DNA of 64,000 bases from positions 52,218,401 through 52,282,400 of the forward strand of contig NC_057728.1 of NCBI RefSeq assembly GCF_004010195.1. Reading direction: 5' to 3'. The DNA is from Chiloscyllium plagiosum (lineage: Eukaryota). The notes under the pieces were generated by a model that was not told where the DNA came from, made no database searches, and worked only from the letters and a program-made list of their open reading frames with translations. The first letter of the stretch is position 1, and every line of letters begins with the position of its first letter. Shown here piece by piece: positions 60,580 to 64,000 of this stretch. The position numbers and the translations under genes were made by a program.

Positions 60580-63500
60580 TTTGTAAATTGTTTATTGTAT
60601 CTGAATGCACGTTATATAAGGAATAAGGTAAATGAGCTTGTGGCACAGATCAAAATTGGCAGGTATGACATGGTGGGCATCATGGAGACATGGCTGGAAG
60701 GAGATCTGGATTGGGAGCTGAATATTCAAGAATATACATCCTATCAAAAAGATAGGCAGGTGGATAGAGGGGATAGGGTTGCCCTATTAGTAAGAAATGA
60801 AATTAAATGAATAGTAAGAAATGAAGTAGGGTCAGATAGTGTAGAATCTGTGTGGGTAGAATTGAGTACCTGTAAAGGTAAAAAGCTTTTGGAGTCATGT
60901 AGAGGCCTCTAAACAGTAGTCAGGAGCTGAGGCACGAGATACACCAGGCGATAGAAAGCATGTGTAGGAAAGGCAAAGTTACAGTGATCATGGGGGATTT
61001 CAATACGCAGGTGGACTGGGAACATCAGGTTGGTAGTGGTTCACAAGAAAGGGAGTTTGTGGGATGTCTACAAGATGGCTTTTTGGAGCAGCTTGTGATG
61101 GAACCCACTGAGGAACAGGCAATACTGGATTTAGTGTTGTGCAATAAGGCAGACTTAATACGGGACCTTAAACTCAGGGAACACTTAAGAGGCTGTGATC
61201 ATAACATGATTGAATTTACTCTGCAATTTGACAGAGAGAAAATAGAATAAAAGGTAATGGTATTTCAGCTGAATAAAGGCAAATACAGAGGCATGAGGGA
61301 GGAACTGGGTTGAATTGACTGGGAGACGAGCCTAGCAGGAAAGATATTGGAACAGCAAAGGCAGGAGGTTCTGCGAGTAATTCAGAAGACACAGCAGAGA
61401 TTCACCCGAGGAAAAAGAAGCATGGTACAGGGAGAATGAGGTAACCACAGCTGACTAGGGAAGTCAGGGGTAGCATAAAAGCTAGAGAAAGCATACAATG
61501 CAGGGAAGAACAGTGGGAAACTGGAGGATTGGGAAGCTTACAAAGAGCAACAGAGGGCAATAAAAAAAGAAATAAGGAAGGAGAAGATTAAATATGAGGG
61601 TAAGCTAGCCAGTGGTATAAAGGAAGTCTTTGAGGTTCTTTAGAGAAATAATGGGCAGAAGAGTGGCAAAAGTGGATATTGGGCCACTGAAAAATGGCGA
61701 AGGAAAGTTAGTAGTGGGGAACAAAGAAATGGCTGAGGAACTGAATAATTACTTTGCGTCAGCCTTCACAGCAGAAGACACAAATAATATCCCAAAAATT
61801 CAAGAGTGTGAGGGGGCAGAGCTGAGTACGGTGACCATAACCAAAGAGAAGGTGCTAGAAAAACTGAATAGCCTGAAGATGGATAAATCATCTGAACTGG
61901 ATGGACACTCCAGACTTCTAAGGAAGATCGCTGAAGGAATAGTGGAGGCATTCGTGATAATCTTTCAGGAATTGCTAGAATCAGGGACGGTTCCAGAGGA
62001 CTGGAATATCATTAACGTAACACCCCTGTTTAAAAAAGGGCAGAAGGCAGAAGACAGAAAATTACAGACCGATTAGCCTAACCTCAGTCGTGGGTAAGAT
62101 CCTGGAATCCATTGTGAAGGATGAGATTTCTGAACACTTGGAAGTTTAGATTAGATTAGATTCCCTACAGTGTGGAAACAGACCCTTCGGCCCAACAAGT
62201 CCACACCGACCCTCTGAAGAGCAACCCATCCAGACCCATTCCCCTACACCTAACACTATGGACAATTTAGCGTGGCCAATTCACCTAACCTGCGCATCTT
62301 TGGCCTGTGGGAGGAAACCAGAGCACCTGGAGGAAACCCACGCAGACACAGGGAGAATGTGCAAACTCGACACAGACAGTTGCCCGAGGCAGGAATTGAA
62401 CCCGGGTCCCTGGCACTGTGAGGCACCAGGAAGTGTATGGTAAATATGACAGACCCAGCATGGTTTCATCAAGGAGAAGTCATGCTAAAGTTCTTTGAGG
62501 AAATAACGAGCAGATTAGACCAAGGAGAACCAGTCGATATTATCTGTCTGGACTTCAAGAAGGCCTTTGACAAGATGCCACACTGAGGTTACTGAGTAAG
62601 ATAAGGGCCTGTGATGCTAGAGGCAAGGTGCTAGCATGGATAGAAGCTTGGCTGTCTGGCAGAAAGCAGAGAGTGGGGATAAAAGGATCCTTCTCAGGAT
62701 GGCAGTTGGTGACAAGTGGTGTTCCACAAGGCTCAGTGTTGGAACCACAACTTTAGGCTTCATACATTAACGATCTAGATGAAGAAACCGTGAGCATTCT
62801 GGCTAGGTTTGCAGATGATAAAAATATAGTTCGAGGGACAGGTAGCACTGAGGAGGCAGGGAGGCTGCAGAAGGATTTGGACAGGGTTAGGAGAGTGGGC
62901 AAAGAAGTAACAGATGGAGTTCATCGTGGGAAAGTGAGAGGTTATGCACCTTAGTAGGAAGAATAGAGGCATGGACTATTTTCTAAATGGAGAGAAAATT
63001 CAGAAGCCTGAAGTGCAAAGAGACTTGGGAGTTCTAGTAAACTTGAGAGAGAAGTGAGGAAGGTAAATGCAGTGATGGCATTTATTTCAAGAGGACTTGA
63101 ATATAAAAGCAAGGATGTACTTCTGAGACTCTATAAAGCTCTGGTTAGGTGACATTGGGAGTAATGTGCACAGTTTTGGGCCCCATATCTCAGGAAGGAT
63201 GCACTAACTCTGGAGCGTGTTCAGAGGAGATGCACGAGAATGGACAGGAATGAACAACTTAACATATGAGGAACATTTGAGGACTCTTGGTCTACACTCA
63301 GTGGGGTTTAGAGGGATGAAAGGCAATCTAATTGAAACTGACAGAATACTGAATGGCCTGGACAGAGTGGATGTTGGGAAGATGTTTCCATTGGTAGGAG
63401 AGATTAGGACTCAAGGCCACAGCCTTAGAGTAAAGGGAAGACTTTTTAGAACTGAGATATGAAGAAACCTCTTCAGCCAAAGAGTGGTGAACCTATGGAA

Positions 63501-63640
63501 TTCACTGCCACAGAAAGCTGTGGAGTCCAGGTCATTGAGAGTATTTAAGATTGTAAAGGGGGTCAATGGTTAGGGGGAGAAAGCAACGTGAATGGATTTG
63601 TGAAACGTATCAGCCATGATTGAATGCTGGAGCAGACTTA
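60580..63640 (+). mobile_element. CR1 LINE ORF2 (EN+RT), decayed, with minus-strand V-SINE at about 62147-62427
   Basis: LYLNAR.IRNK..ETWL, MGDFN, LDLVL, DHNMIEF, DFKKAFDK, SGVPQGSVL. Confidence 0.92.
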
Positions 63641-63870
63641 GAACATAGAACATAGAACATAGAACAATACAGCACAGAACAGGCCCTTTGGCCCACGATG
63701 TTGTGCCGAACATTTATCCTAGCTAAGCACCCATCCATGTACCTATCCAATTGCCGCTTAAAGGTCACCAATGATTCTGACTCTGCCACTCCCACAGGCA
63801 GCGCATTCCATGCCCCCACCACTCTCTGGGTAAAGAACCTACCCCTGACATCTCCCCATACCTTCCACTC
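63640..63870 (-). mobile_element. Young CR1 3' end with (AGAACAT)n tail
   Basis: FFTQRVVGAWNALP on the minus strand; tandem agaacat terminal repeat. Confidence 0.85.
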
Positions 63871-64000
63871 AATTACTACCTCATCAGTCTACACTTGATC
63901 CATGCTATCAAGCAGCACTTGCTTAACAATAAACTGGTCATTGATGCTTAGTTTGGGAGAAAGCTCTCCATTAATTGGAGTCATACCTGGCACAAAAAAT

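Noticed and set aside
60444-60626. Further CAPS2 exon (SIIKSDP resembling AVISDP)
   Set aside because: Out of order relative to the CAPS2 protein, lacks convincing splice sites and runs into a CR1 5' region.

Overview
Vertebrate genomic DNA, very likely from a shark or other cartilaginous fish (inferred from the repeat content: CR1 LINEs, HE1-type V-SINEs, Deu-domain SINEs and Penelope termini). Three intron-containing genes can be reconstructed by hand from GT/AG sites and reading-frame phase. (1) A GLIPR1-like CAP/SCP gene on the minus strand (exons 1-2 here; the rest lies left of the window). (2) A complete 6-exon, 292-aa RIC3/CCDC107-family membrane protein gene on the plus strand (17378-36232). 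(3) The first four coding exons of calcyphosin-2 (CAPS2) on the plus strand, behind an RFX X-box promoter. Most remaining sequence is decayed or nested retroelements, and nearly all ORFs in the supplied track are repeat-derived. The most striking unannotated signal is a set of minimal type I hammerhead ribozyme motifs (CUGANGA-N-stem II-GAA-palindrome-H) in the termini of at least three distinct Penelope-like families. One is a very young 148-bp inverted-repeat element carrying two outward-facing intact ribozymes. Also notable: both canonical CAP histidines are Arg in the GLIPR1-like protein, a spaced 20-bp repeat array sits in an intronic CpG island, a LINE shares both head and tail with a Deu-type SINE, and a solo LTR abuts the RIC3-family promoter. 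Homology calls rest on recalled protein sequences and motifs; no database search was run. Repeat boundaries are approximate unless a target-site duplication (TSD) is quoted.
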